A model generated the notes under the pieces. That model did no database searches and had not been told where the DNA came from. It saw only the letters and a program-made list of their open reading frames with translations. A program made the translations under genes and the position numbers. From an uncultured Gammaproteobacteria bacterium (GTDB lineage Bacteria > Patescibacteriota > Patescibacteriia > UBA9934), in contig CAYVLY010000001.1 of assembly GCA_964452565.1 (NCBI GenBank), forward strand, positions 224,351-288,350: a stretch of 64,000 bases of DNA. The letters are read 5' to 3'. Below, piece after piece: positions 17,845 through 28,164 of this stretch. How positions within the stretch are numbered: position 1 is the first letter of the stretch; every line of letters begins with the position of its first letter.

Positions 17845-18636
17845 ATGCTAGTCTTTGCCGCACTAACTCCAAGCTCCCCCCTTCTCTTACCATCAATTCA
17901 TAAAGAAAAAGGGTTAAAGCTAAAGAAAACACTTGATGCCATGCAAGAACTTGCAGAAGAGCTTTATGCTTCGCGTCCTGATGTAATCTTGTTACTAAGT
18001 GAACATCCGACTACTTTTGAAGATGCGTTTTCAATAAACATAAGCAATCCATACAAGTTTGATGTATCTGCTTTTGGTGACCTTGGATTTGAACGAAAAC
18101 TTCATCCAGATATAGAAACAATTGACAGATTGCAGCGAAACCTTCGCAGCCAAAGCCAACCAGTAACTCTCACAACAGATGATGCACTTGACCATGGTTC
18201 TGCTGTTGCCATCGGTCTTCTGGCTGAAAAGCTTCCAAACATAAAACTTATTCCTATCACATATTCAAGCCTTGATGCCAAAGCACACTTTCAGTTTGGC
18301 CAGGCTCTAAAGGATGTTGTAATGAATTCGGACAAACGTATTGCGATTATTGCTTCTGGCGATTTGTCGCATGCTATTGAGAGCAAATCCCCTACTGGAT
18401 TTCATAAAGATGGAAAAGAATTTGATGATAAAATTAACGAGGTCGTAGCGCACAAAAATACGGCAGGCCTGATCGGAGTAGATCAAAGTATCACAGATAA
18501 TGCCCAGCAGACTGTATATCAACAGCTCTTGATTCTCTTTGGACTTTTGGAAAGGATCTCTGTAAAACCACAGATTCTAAGTTACGAAGCGCCGTTTGGC
18601 GTTGGATTCATGGTGACAAACTTTGTATTGAAATAG
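17845..18636 (+). CDS. class III extradiol dioxygenase-like protein (LigB/DODA/YgiD family fold)
   Basis: N-terminus MLVFAALTPSSPLL resembles the family start. An internal SGDLSH motif is present. Confidence 0.5.
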   Translation: MLVFAALTPSSPLLLPSIHKEKGLKLKKTLDAMQELAEELYASRPDVILLLSEHPTTFEDAFSINISNPYKFDVSAFGDLGFERKLHPDIETIDRLQRNLRSQSQPVTLTTDDALDHGSAVAIGLLAEKLPNIKLIPITYSSLDAKAHFQFGQALKDVVMNSDKRIAIIASGDLSHAIESKSPTGFHKDGKEFDDKINEVVAHKNTAGLIGVDQSITDNAQQTVYQQLLILFGLLERISVKPQILSYEAPFGVGFMVTNFVLK

Positions 18637-18637
18637 T

Positions 18638-20383
18638 ATGTACGCGCAAATCATCCCATTGGTGCGGATGCCAAGGAGGTTTGCGTTTTTTGATTATAAG
18701 ATTCCCGAGGGACTTGATATTCATATAGGTGATTTGGTTATCGCCCCGCTCAAAGGCCGACCTGTCTCAGGTATTGTACGATATGTTTCTGGCAAAACTG
18801 AGTTTGATAAGTTACATTTGATCGAAACGGTTCTTAAACCAGGCCTCATGTCAGTTGAGGATATCGAACGTCTCGAGCTTATTGCAGAGCAAATCCTCCA
18901 ATCCCCTGCTACTGTTTTTGCATCTACACTTCAAGGCATAACACATTCAAAATCGACCGAGCAAAAAACGCATGATGCTAAATCAGGGTCTATTGATAAG
19001 GCCACTGCTGAAGTAATTCGATCTGCTGTTGAGCAAAAAAATGCTTCAATTGAAACCAGCCTTGAAGGCTCGATAACTGCAATGCGGCTTGCAATACAAA
19101 AATCGAAAAATCAGATACTAATACTTTGCCCGCGTGAACGCGATGTTGAAATTATTTCAGAATTTTTGCCCATCCAGCACGCTCGATTACATGGCCATAC
19201 ATCTAAGGCAAAACGTAAATGGATCCTTGAGAATTGGCGATCTGGTGATCTAAAAGTATTAATCGGCACAAGGCAGGCATCACTCATTCCAGCACAGAGC
19301 ATCGAAACGATATTCATTTTTGATCCTCACAGCGAAGACCATGTAAGCTACAGCCGGAATCCAAGATATGATGCTCGACTCGCTGCCAAACTTCTTGCAA
19401 AGCAACACAATGCAAGTATCATTAGCTGCGGACCGCTCAGGATGGTCAAATCCGATTGTTCGATACACACGACTCCAAAAGCGCTATGCCAGATCATTGA
19501 CTTGAGCGACAAACAACAAAAAACAGGCATCCCATTGGTTTCTGAGACACTTCTTGAAAGCATCTCTGATTCTTTACAAAATGGCCAACCTGTGCTAATT
19601 TCCTACAACTGTAAAGGTGTTGCAAGGCATCTTCAGTGCCGATCATGTCATCATACGCCAATGTGTGGAACTTGCGGATCACAACCACATGTCCGCCTCA
19701 AAGATCTGGTCTGCCCAGTTTGCAACACTGAAATGTGGATTCCAAAAAACTGCCCGGGATGTGGTAAAGCAACATTAAGCACGCGTGGCATTGGGAATAA
19801 GAAAATAGCTGCAGAACTTACAAAGCACTTTCCAAAAGCAAAGATTGAAATTATTGACAAGGAACATTCACAAGAGTCAAACGCAGACATCCAGATTGTT
19901 ACTGAACATTACTTCCAAAGCGTCTATCAGCCCTTCGCTTCGAAAAGGTTCGGGCTTATTGCAGAGCTGATGGTTGAAAAATCACTTGGAAGCGATTATG
20001 AATCATCGATCATAACAGCTTATCGAATGCATCGACTCCTACACATGGCGCATCATCACAAGTCCCAATGTATCGTACAAACGTGGATGCCAAGCATAAT
20101 CAAACCAATGCTTGAACCAAAGACCTTTATCAAATCAGAATCTGAGCTACGTAAAAAGTATAAGCTTCCACCGTTTGCAGATCAGTTTGAGCTTTCTGGT
20201 AAAACAGACCAGATTTCTGAAGATATTAGATCGAATTGTATTGATCAAGATGGCAAGCTACTACTAACTACCGACCCAGAAGATCGAAACTCAATCATAA
20301 AAAAATTAAAAGAACTTCCAGACAGTGTTACAATACTGACGAAGTATAAATCTTATGACCCTACCAATCATCACAACTCCTGA
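18638..20383 (+). CDS. primosomal protein N-prime (PriA)-like, apparently lacking the Walker A ATPase motif
   Basis: PriA-type N-terminal 3-prime-DNA-binding region and a Cys-rich zinc ribbon (CRSCHHTPMCGTCGS ... CPVCNTEMWIPKNCPGCG). No GxGKT motif found. Confidence 0.55.
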   Translation: MYAQIIPLVRMPRRFAFFDYKIPEGLDIHIGDLVIAPLKGRPVSGIVRYVSGKTEFDKLHLIETVLKPGLMSVEDIERLELIAEQILQSPATVFASTLQGITHSKSTEQKTHDAKSGSIDKATAEVIRSAVEQKNASIETSLEGSITAMRLAIQKSKNQILILCPRERDVEIISEFLPIQHARLHGHTSKAKRKWILENWRSGDLKVLIGTRQASLIPAQSIETIFIFDPHSEDHVSYSRNPRYDARLAAKLLAKQHNASIISCGPLRMVKSDCSIHTTPKALCQIIDLSDKQQKTGIPLVSETLLESISDSLQNGQPVLISYNCKGVARHLQCRSCHHTPMCGTCGSQPHVRLKDLVCPVCNTEMWIPKNCPGCGKATLSTRGIGNKKIAAELTKHFPKAKIEIIDKEHSQESNADIQIVTEHYFQSVYQPFASKRFGLIAELMVEKSLGSDYESSIITAYRMHRLLHMAHHHKSQCIVQTWMPSIIKPMLEPKTFIKSESELRKKYKLPPFADQFELSGKTDQISEDIRSNCIDQDGKLLLTTDPEDRNSIIKKLKELPDSVTILTKYKSYDPTNHHNS

Positions 20384-20819
20384 TCCATTTCTAAAAGAAC
20401 GATCTAAGGAGATTACATTGGAACAACTGCAATCTAAAGAAATGCAGGAGTTTTTTGATGTGATGATTGAGACGATGATCGCTGAGGAAGGAATTGGGCT
20501 TGCAGCTCCACAGGTTGGGAAGCACTGGCGTGTGATTGTTGTGACATGGGAAGGAAAACCTCAAGTATTTGTAAACCCAGAAATCACAAAGCGCTCACTT
20601 CGAAAAGTAAAAAATGAAGAAGGATGTCTTTCTGTTCCAGGTTTAACAGGGATCGTGCAGCGACCTCGAGCGATTACACTTAAAGCCCTTAACCGAAACG
20701 GCGATGAAATTACCATCGAAACTGACACTTTTGAAGCTATTATCTTCCAACATGAGATCGACCATATCGATGGGATTCTTTTCATAGACCGCACATCAAA
20801 AATAATCCCGCAGGATTAG
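20355..20819 (+). CDS. def: peptide deformylase
   Basis: Motifs GIGLAAPQVG, EGCLSVPG, QHEIDHIDG. Confidence 0.9.
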   Translation: MTLPIITTPDPFLKERSKEITLEQLQSKEMQEFFDVMIETMIAEEGIGLAAPQVGKHWRVIVVTWEGKPQVFVNPEITKRSLRKVKNEEGCLSVPGLTGIVQRPRAITLKALNRNGDEITIETDTFEAIIFQHEIDHIDGILFIDRTSKIIPQD

Positions 20820-20820
20820 T

Positions 20821-21759
20821 ATGCTAAAGACTGTCTTTTTTGGAACACCCGAATTTGCAAAAAAATTCCTTGCTGCACTTCACGCAGATGAGGATTTTTC
20901 AATTGAAGCAGTGGTTTGTCAACCTGACAAGCCAGTTGGTAGAACAAAGACATTAACAGAGCCTGAGACCAAGATATTTGCTCAGGAAAATCACATCCCT
21001 GTTTTTCAACCAGAGAATCTTAGAATTTCAAATCTTTCTCAATATCTTAAAAGACTGGACGCTAACCTGTTTGTGATAATCTCTTATGGAAAGATAATCC
21101 CGCAGGAAATTCTCAATATTCCAAGACTTGGAACTATCAATGTCCACCCTTCCCCTTTGCCAAGATATCGTGGTCCATCACCAATACAATCAACAATCAT
21201 GAATCAAGAATCTGAAACTGCGGTTACCATCATGTTAATTGATAACAAAATGGACCATGGTCCAATATTGTCGCAAGAAAAGATTAAGATGGAACCAAAT
21301 GAAACGTCGACTAGTTTACGTGAGAAAGTCGTTGAGATTGGAGCCCCACTTTTGATTGATACGATTAAAAAATACGAAACCGATAAGATCAGGCCGCAAG
21401 AACAGGATCATGACTCTGCGACTTTTTGTAAAATGTTAACTAAGTCTGACGGTAATATAGACTGGAGCCGATCAGCTGAGGAAATCGATGCACAATATCG
21501 AGCACTCATTGAATGGCCCGGAGTTTATACAATTTGGAAGCGGGAAGATGATGATCCAACTATCAAAATCCACGAACTGCGAATCTCAGATCGGAAACTA
21601 GAGCCTGGAAAAGTAGAGATCGAGGGTAAGCAAATGTTTATCGGGACCAGTACTGACGCAATCGAAATAATCGAGTTGCAGCCTGAGAACAGCTCAATCA
21701 TGAAAGCCGAGGCCTTCATTCAGGGGCATCGAGAGATCCATGGTTCAATTCTAGGCTAA
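20821..21759 (+). CDS. fmt: methionyl-tRNA formyltransferase
   Basis: N-terminal formyltransferase domain (VFFGTPEFA ... NVHPSPLPRYRGPSPI), conserved def-fmt order. Confidence 0.9.
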   Translation: MLKTVFFGTPEFAKKFLAALHADEDFSIEAVVCQPDKPVGRTKTLTEPETKIFAQENHIPVFQPENLRISNLSQYLKRLDANLFVIISYGKIIPQEILNIPRLGTINVHPSPLPRYRGPSPIQSTIMNQESETAVTIMLIDNKMDHGPILSQEKIKMEPNETSTSLREKVVEIGAPLLIDTIKKYETDKIRPQEQDHDSATFCKMLTKSDGNIDWSRSAEEIDAQYRALIEWPGVYTIWKREDDDPTIKIHELRISDRKLEPGKVEIEGKQMFIGTSTDAIEIIELQPENSSIMKAEAFIQGHREIHGSILG

Positions 21760-21863
21760 AGCTGGTACAATAGTTGACAGATTAGCATTTCCATGCTAAT
21801 CTTCTTTGTTCTTTGAAACACAGGTGGGTAATTCTATTCAACCGCGTACGGAAGGAGAACTCC

Positions 21864-22322
21864 ATGAAACGCACCCTCACCCTGATCGTAATCCTGGCCA
21901 TTCTGGCCGCCCTGACCGGCTGTCCTAAGCAGACGCCCCCGGTGGTCTACAGCGTAGTGCCGGAAGTGACCAACGTCGAGCAAGCCGAGATCTCGCACCA
22001 CGACTACAATTGGGTGATCTTCGGTGCCGATAGTGTCACTATCGATCTGATCACCGAGAGCAGCTTCATGCCTCACACGGGCCAGCTTCACGAAGGCGTA
22101 CAATTCAATGACCAGTACTGGGTTATCCCCACGAACCTGAGCTCTGATCTGATCTACGAGATCCGCTGGAACGGATACGAACTAACCGCCAAGGATCATG
22201 ACGGCAAGTGGCTGTGTGTGGACCTCTGGGGTTGGTCCACAGACGGCGAGACCAAGCTCGCTGGTCCCAACGTCTACGGCCTGGTCTACGTCATCACCGA
22301 CGACATCGACAAATGCCAGTAG
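21864..22322 (+). CDS. hypothetical lipoprotein (GC-rich); signal peptide MKRTLTLIVILAILAALTGC
   Basis: Strong RBS GGAAGGAGAACTCC-ATG. Lipobox LTGC. The N-terminus is near-identical to the lipoprotein at 49096. Confidence 0.55.
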   Translation: MKRTLTLIVILAILAALTGCPKQTPPVVYSVVPEVTNVEQAEISHHDYNWVIFGADSVTIDLITESSFMPHTGQLHEGVQFNDQYWVIPTNLSSDLIYEIRWNGYELTAKDHDGKWLCVDLWGWSTDGETKLAGPNVYGLVYVITDDIDKCQ

Positions 22323-22371
22323 GCCATAGTTCATCTCGATCGTACTGGCGAAGAAACACAATCTTCGCCAC

Positions 22372-22420
22372 CCTCCTGTGTTTCAAACGAAAAAAACCAG
22401 CTTATAGCTGGTTTTTGGTT
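22372..22420 (+). terminator. tandem hairpins (GAAACACA...TGTGTTTC; AAAAAACCAGCTTATAGCTGGTTTTTGG) after the lipoprotein gene
   Basis: Perfect stem plus T-run. Confidence 0.6.
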
Positions 22421-24054
22421 TATTTCATGTTTGAAGTCGCAATTGGCACGGGCTGCTTTATGATTTTTTTCTTTTGAACTTCCTCAATGCCACTACGCCT
22501 CTTTTTTACAAACCCCTCCCAATCTATAAACGGCAAAACAAACAGCATCAAACTCAATCCAATCGGGTGATTTAAATATGGTGAGAACGTATGTGTCACA
22601 AATATCCCAACAATTCCAGCTACCATCCCCATTACAAGCCATTTATAGCCCCTGGATTGCGCTGTAAACCACCCAACACGCAAAAGTGACATAATATACC
22701 AAGCAAAGCCCGCGAGTCCCAGCAACCCCATTTTCAACCAAATATCATGCCAACCCCATTCAAATCTATAAGTAGTGTAAGCACCCCCATCTTCCTGCTC
22801 TAAAACTCGAGGATCTTCTGATTCATAAGTGACAGTTTCACCAAATCCTGAGCCTAGAATTGGGCTTGCGACTATCTCCTCCATCATTGGCTCAAGCAGA
22901 TTCCATCGACTAACAACCGCCTCAGAGCGACCAGTCTCTGACGATGTTTCAAAAAAGGCAGCATCGCTTAGATCTGGCCTTTCAGGAATGGGTATTTGAA
23001 CAATCATGATGATCACCAAAAATCCAACAATCGAAATGATTACACTGTTAAATGTCCTGGTTACAATCCAGACCTTTGCTCTGCCAAAAAACCAAGCGCT
23101 CACAAAAAGCATTAAACCACCAGCTATAATCCCCAAAATAAAACTTCTTGAAAGACTCAAGAACATTGTCATTATTGAAAATCCAAACACCAATCCAATA
23201 AACCACGGCATCTTACTCTTTCGCCACAAGTACATCATCGCTGAATAGGCTACAAGCACTCCAACCATTACCACTGTTTGTGCAGGCATGAAGATGCGAT
23301 ACCAATAATCACCTTCTATTGCAAGTCCGTACTTCAAAAGTGAGCTATTAAGTAAACTTGGCTCAGCACCAACAACCTGCAAAGTCACCTCAGCCAATCT
23401 TGAATCACGAACAAAAGTATAAAGGTTATGCAAATTGTCACCGTCAATGTGTGTGAATGCATAGGCTAATGCGATCGTAAAGCCAACAATCCATAAAACC
23501 GATGCGAAGAGCACTTGAAGGAGTTGCCTTTTCTGAGTCTGACCCCACTTGATCGTCAAGATTGGCAATAGGTATCCGATAACTACATAGCCATTAATAT
23601 CATCAAACGCGGCTAATAGATCATTTTGGATGAATCCAATGAATGTTCCGAGAGCTATAGCAGTGATCAATACAAGCCAGGGGACATCACGCATCCAGTT
23701 AAATCGAAAGGCAACCCCCTCTACCTCCCCCTTCGGAAGGGGGAGAACCTTATACAGCCACACGGCCATTACGATCACGAAAATCAGCATTCTGATCGAC
23801 AAGGAGAATCCAAACAACTCCACGTCAAGTAAATGGCCGTGGCCACCAACAAATATCTCAGCGAATGCTATCAACAATCCATTGATCGGCGACCGCCACG
23901 TTAATATCAAGGTGAAAACCCCAAATACGATGAACAAAGGCAATTCAAATCCAGTATCGCGCACAAAAAACGCTAAGGCATGCATAATACCGATCAAACT
24001 CAGTGTGATCCACATTGTATCTCCGATGAACTGCTTTTTGATATTCATAGTCAT
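22420..24054 (-). CDS. O-antigen ligase/polymerase-family (Wzy_C-like) polytopic membrane protein
   Basis: More than 10 predicted TM helices. Lies in the polysaccharide cluster and contains an in-frame palindromic element (encoding LPKGEVEG). Confidence 0.55.
   Translation of the reverse strand: MTMNIKKQFIGDTMWITLSLIGIMHALAFFVRDTGFELPLFIVFGVFTLILTWRSPINGLLIAFAEIFVGGHGHLLDVELFGFSLSIRMLIFVIVMAVWLYKVLPLPKGEVEGVAFRFNWMRDVPWLVLITAIALGTFIGFIQNDLLAAFDDINGYVVIGYLLPILTIKWGQTQKRQLLQVLFASVLWIVGFTIALAYAFTHIDGDNLHNLYTFVRDSRLAEVTLQVVGAEPSLLNSSLLKYGLAIEGDYWYRIFMPAQTVVMVGVLVAYSAMMYLWRKSKMPWFIGLVFGFSIMTMFLSLSRSFILGIIAGGLMLFVSAWFFGRAKVWIVTRTFNSVIISIVGFLVIIMIVQIPIPERPDLSDAAFFETSSETGRSEAVVSRWNLLEPMMEEIVASPILGSGFGETVTYESEDPRVLEQEDGGAYTTYRFEWGWHDIWLKMGLLGLAGFAWYIMSLLRVGWFTAQSRGYKWLVMGMVAGIVGIFVTHTFSPYLNHPIGLSLMLFVLPFIDWEGFVKKRRSGIEEVQKKKIIKQPVPIATSNMK
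23710..23745. repeat. GC-rich palindromic element unit (reverse orientation) in-frame within the O-antigen-ligase-like CDS
   Basis: GGCAACCCCCTCTACCTCCCCCTTCGGAAGGGGGAG. Confidence 0.7.
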
Positions 24055-24908
24055 CTACGCTTAATAAATGCTGCTAAATATCCTAATCCAACAAACACAG
24101 GTGCAAATACCCAAAGCACAACCCATGCAAGCCACCCCTCGTGCTTTCGGATGTACTTGCGCATACTCTGCCTTATCCACCTTTGTTTTCGAACAGTAGC
24201 AAGCTTATCAAACATATGCCCCTTGTGGTGCTCAATCTCTACATCTGCATAGTGCCGGATCTTCCACCCAGCGTCGTGCGTCATCTTGCAATAATCAACT
24301 TCCTCAAACCATATAAAATATTGCTCATCAAGATATCCAACTTGCTGGATCACCTCTCGACGAATAAACATGAACGCACCCATAATCGAATCCACATCCT
24401 GAGTCTCGTATGGATCTTTGCCGCGCATCATGTACTTGTCGATTATACGATTCTTTTTCATGAAATGCGGAACCTTGAGCATCACAAACAACTGATCAAG
24501 AAGCTTAGGAAATCGACGTATGCTTTCTTGAAGCGATCCATCCGGATACTTTATTAAGCAACTTGCAATACCAACCTTCGTATCATCATCTAAACGCGTA
24601 ATCATCTTAGCCAAAACATCAGGCTCAAATCGCGCATCAGGATTTAGCAGTAAAACATACCTCCCACGCGCAATCGACATCCCGCGATTAACTGCAGCAG
24701 CAAATCCAAGATTGTCTTTATTACGCAAATACGTAGCATGATCATATGACTGCAAAAGTCCACGAGTAGTATCACTCTGCCCATTATCAACTGTAATTAA
24801 CTCATAACTAACATCTTGCGACTTTTTTACAGAATCAAAACACGCCTTAAGAACATCCAAGTTCTCTTTGTATGTCACGACAATTATCGAAACATCTATT
24901 TCTTGCAT
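24051..24908 (-). CDS. family 2 glycosyltransferase
   Basis: N-terminal VSIIVVTYKE ... ITVDNGQSDTT DxD-type GT2 motifs. Confidence 0.8.
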   Translation of the reverse strand: MQEIDVSIIVVTYKENLDVLKACFDSVKKSQDVSYELITVDNGQSDTTRGLLQSYDHATYLRNKDNLGFAAAVNRGMSIARGRYVLLLNPDARFEPDVLAKMITRLDDDTKVGIASCLIKYPDGSLQESIRRFPKLLDQLFVMLKVPHFMKKNRIIDKYMMRGKDPYETQDVDSIMGAFMFIRREVIQQVGYLDEQYFIWFEEVDYCKMTHDAGWKIRHYADVEIEHHKGHMFDKLATVRKQRWIRQSMRKYIRKHEGWLAWVVLWVFAPVFVGLGYLAAFIKRR

Positions 24909-25615
24909 AACTTATGTTTTTTGCAAATAACTCGACGTGCTGCTTCGTACTTTTTAATACGCCTTGGCATCCATCCAAAAATCTGCCATGGGATCTTGTA
25001 TAAAAATGACGGAAGCCATGATGATCCAATGCGAGATTCACCGCTGATCTGTACGTTGCACAAAACTTCATTCACAAGCACCCCTTTCCTTCCCTGCGCT
25101 ACCATAGTAAGCCACACATCCCAATCCTGCAGACGTTTAATTTGTTCATCAAATCCTGGGAAATCCTTGGCGCGGACAAGTGACGATGTGTGGATGTAGT
25201 TTTTCTTTTTAAGTATCCCTGGGTCAAACTCAATACCTTTGAATGTCTTCCACCCAAACTTAAACGGACAGTATGCAAAACTCGCAGTTTGACCTTTCTG
25301 CAGTGCATCAAGCAACTTCTCAAGCATCTGTGGTTTCATAATCACGTCAGCATCGCAAAAAATCAGATACTCACCCTTGGCTTCTTTCCAGCCACGGTTG
25401 CGTGCTGGGTTTGGTCCTTTATTCTCCTGAGTGATTATCAAAATCTGATCTTTGAACTTTGATAAAACCTCCTGTGTATTATCAGTCGAGCCGTCATCAA
25501 CCACTATCACTTCAATATTTGGATAAGTCTGGGCTAAAACAGAATTCAAACATTCTGGCAATGCATCTGCATGCTGATACGTTGGAATTATAACTGAGAC
25601 CAGTGGCTTATTCAC
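24896..25615 (-). CDS. family 2 glycosyltransferase
   Basis: VSVIIPTYQHADALPECLNSVLAQTYPNIEVIVVDDGSTDNT. Confidence 0.8.
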   Translation of the reverse strand: MNKPLVSVIIPTYQHADALPECLNSVLAQTYPNIEVIVVDDGSTDNTQEVLSKFKDQILIITQENKGPNPARNRGWKEAKGEYLIFCDADVIMKPQMLEKLLDALQKGQTASFAYCPFKFGWKTFKGIEFDPGILKKKNYIHTSSLVRAKDFPGFDEQIKRLQDWDVWLTMVAQGRKGVLVNEVLCNVQISGESRIGSSWLPSFLYKIPWQIFGWMPRRIKKYEAARRVICKKHKLCKK

Positions 25616-26621
25616 AACCTAAAATCTTACGAAACTTCTTAAACTGCTTTTCACGCGTAAACTTTGACTTCACAAACTTTGATCCTGCCAAACCAATCTT
25701 TTTTCGACGATTCCTATCTTTTAGTTTCTTTATCGTCTTTTGGAGAGCCTCCTGTGAATCCTTAATTAAAAAGCCTGTTTCACCGTCCTTGATTGCCTCA
25801 TCAACGCCAGGGTGTCTTGTGGCAATCACAGGCACTTGAAAAAGCTGCGCTTCGATATAAACTATCCCAAACCCTTCACGATCTTCTTTTGATTTTGTTG
25901 TAGGCATTACAAATATATCTGACTTTGAGTAAAGATCAGGCAACTTTCGATCAGATACGCTTGAAAGTAGCTCAACGCGATCTTCAAGCTTGTGCGTTTC
26001 GATAAACTCAAGAATCTCAGACTTCATTATTCCGTCCCCCACAATCGTATAACTCAGGCTTGGATCACCTCTCACGAGCTCAAGAACCTTCATGTGCCCT
26101 TTACGCTCTACAAGCCGCGCCACAGTAAAAAGCCTGATCTCATCAGATTTTTTATGCTTCGCATGAATAAAGTTTGCAGCCTCGACAAATCCATCATGAA
26201 CAATCGGATATACAACCTCAATATCTACTCGATGCGTTAAGCTCGAAACTTCTCGATCAAGAGCCTTGCTGTTCGTCACTATCGTTTTTGCACGCATCAA
26301 AATCTTACGGAGCAGCCATTGCTTCCAGGCTGATCTACGAGCAAGATCAAAATCCATCCCATGCAAAATCACAATGTAGGGCTTCCTTGTAATCATTGAT
26401 GAAAGCCAACACATTGTTCCAATTGGCAAAACATGACTTGTGATGACTCCGTCCGATCGCTTCATCCGATTATATACAAACCACAGCAGTCCAATTCTGT
26501 TTGGTAATCGCTTCAAATGCTCGAGCTCAACACACTTACATGTTTTAACAAGTGACTCAAGATATCGCGCTACACCTCCCCTTTTCGGCGGATAATCATG
26601 TGTAATAAGCGTCCACTTCAT
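25608..26621 (-). CDS. family 1 (GT4-type) glycosyltransferase
   Basis: C-terminal EGFGIVYIEAQLFQVPVIAT ... GETGFL signature. Confidence 0.8.
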   Translation of the reverse strand: MKWTLITHDYPPKRGGVARYLESLVKTCKCVELEHLKRLPNRIGLLWFVYNRMKRSDGVITSHVLPIGTMCWLSSMITRKPYIVILHGMDFDLARRSAWKQWLLRKILMRAKTIVTNSKALDREVSSLTHRVDIEVVYPIVHDGFVEAANFIHAKHKKSDEIRLFTVARLVERKGHMKVLELVRGDPSLSYTIVGDGIMKSEILEFIETHKLEDRVELLSSVSDRKLPDLYSKSDIFVMPTTKSKEDREGFGIVYIEAQLFQVPVIATRHPGVDEAIKDGETGFLIKDSQEALQKTIKKLKDRNRRKKIGLAGSKFVKSKFTREKQFKKFRKILGCE

Positions 26622-26622
26622 A

Positions 26623-28062
26623 CTACGACCTCTTTGTTAACACCTTCCATCCCTCGCTAATATGGTCCTTTCTAATTGCACCTAAAGCAAATGTCATTGC
26701 AACATATACAATCGCGCCCAATGGAATCGATACAAGAATCGTACCAATGGGCTTTACCAAAACAACAACAAGTGCCATCACAATCGCAGACAAATAAATC
26801 TTATAGGTCGATCTGATCAGGTCGGAAACACGAACCTTAACTGCTGGGCACGCAAAGATCCACCCAGCCACAAACATGAATACAAAACTGATGATCGCTG
26901 CAATACATGCTCCAACAATCTCAAATCTCGGAATTAAGATAATATTTGCAATAACATTAATAACCATGGTGACCCCCATTATTCCCATCTTTATAGCCTG
27001 CTTATCGGTTGCATTGAGAAGCGATCCGATTGGAAAGTCTAAGAAAATAAATATCAAAACAAAGATCAAAACTTGAAGTGGAAGTGCTGAGCCAGCGAAC
27101 TCTGATCCATAGAATAGATCGATGACTTCAGGTGCCACGGCCCAGATCCCGAATACAATCGGTGCTCCAATCAAACTCACATACCAAAAAGCGTTCAAGA
27201 GAATTTGCTTCAACTGCTTTGGATCTTTTGAGTGAGCGCTCATTGTTGGATATAGCGCTGCGACAAAAGCTAATGGTATGAACTGGAATGCGTATGTCAA
27301 CTTATAAGCAACCGCATACAACCCAACAGCACCCTCATCCAAGATACGTTCAAGTATCACGCTATCTGCATATGAGTAAACCTTCACAAACGCTGCTGCC
27401 AAAAAGAATGCAAAAGCCATCTTTAGTGGCTTCCATCCCATTTGCCAGGTAGGGACTAATGACTTCCATCCAGCATTCTTAACAACACGTGAAGCTGAGA
27501 AAAGCATGTTCCAAATACTTCCAGTTGCAAGCGCGATTATCAAAAGTGGCAATGTAGCAACTCCGCTTAACAATAAAGTCACTCCAACTGTAGCTGTTAT
27601 TATCTGTCCTGCAAACAATCCAAGTGCCTCGTACTTAAGTTTATGTAATCCTCGGAGAACACCGTAGAAAGAAAGTGAGAGCGTGTCAGCTACAAGAATT
27701 AAAGTCGCAATACGTACCAAGGTCACTACAGTATCGCTGTAATTCAGAATCTCCGGCAAGAAGAATGCGATTGCTACTGTTATTGGAATGGTCACGACTT
27801 TAACTCCAAGAATTGTCCGCGACCACAGCTGAGCATTATCATTTTTTCGAGCTACCTCACGGATCAAAACCGATGTCATCCCAATATCATCTAGAACAAG
27901 GATGATCATCACAATCGCGAGAGCCAAAAAATAAGCACCAGTATCGTCAACGCCAATGAACCGCGCAATCATTGTAAAGTACAAAAAAGCAACGGTTTTT
28001 TGTCCAACCGAAGCCAATGTTAGATACAATGTATTCTGCGCTAATCGCGTTCCTGAACTCAT
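26623..28062 (-). CDS. polysaccharide/oligosaccharide flippase (Wzx, MOP superfamily)
   Basis: About 480 aa, 12-14 TM helices, in the cluster with the glycosyltransferases. Confidence 0.7.
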   Translation of the reverse strand: MSSGTRLAQNTLYLTLASVGQKTVAFLYFTMIARFIGVDDTGAYFLALAIVMIILVLDDIGMTSVLIREVARKNDNAQLWSRTILGVKVVTIPITVAIAFFLPEILNYSDTVVTLVRIATLILVADTLSLSFYGVLRGLHKLKYEALGLFAGQIITATVGVTLLLSGVATLPLLIIALATGSIWNMLFSASRVVKNAGWKSLVPTWQMGWKPLKMAFAFFLAAAFVKVYSYADSVILERILDEGAVGLYAVAYKLTYAFQFIPLAFVAALYPTMSAHSKDPKQLKQILLNAFWYVSLIGAPIVFGIWAVAPEVIDLFYGSEFAGSALPLQVLIFVLIFIFLDFPIGSLLNATDKQAIKMGIMGVTMVINVIANIILIPRFEIVGACIAAIISFVFMFVAGWIFACPAVKVRVSDLIRSTYKIYLSAIVMALVVVLVKPIGTILVSIPLGAIVYVAMTFALGAIRKDHISEGWKVLTKRS

Positions 28063-28164
28063 AAAGTACAACTATAATAGCGAAAATTGGGCTAAAAAGC
28101 AAAACGCTCCGCACCTCGAGGGGTACAGAACGTGGGACGAGCCAGAATGACAGAGTGTGCATGA

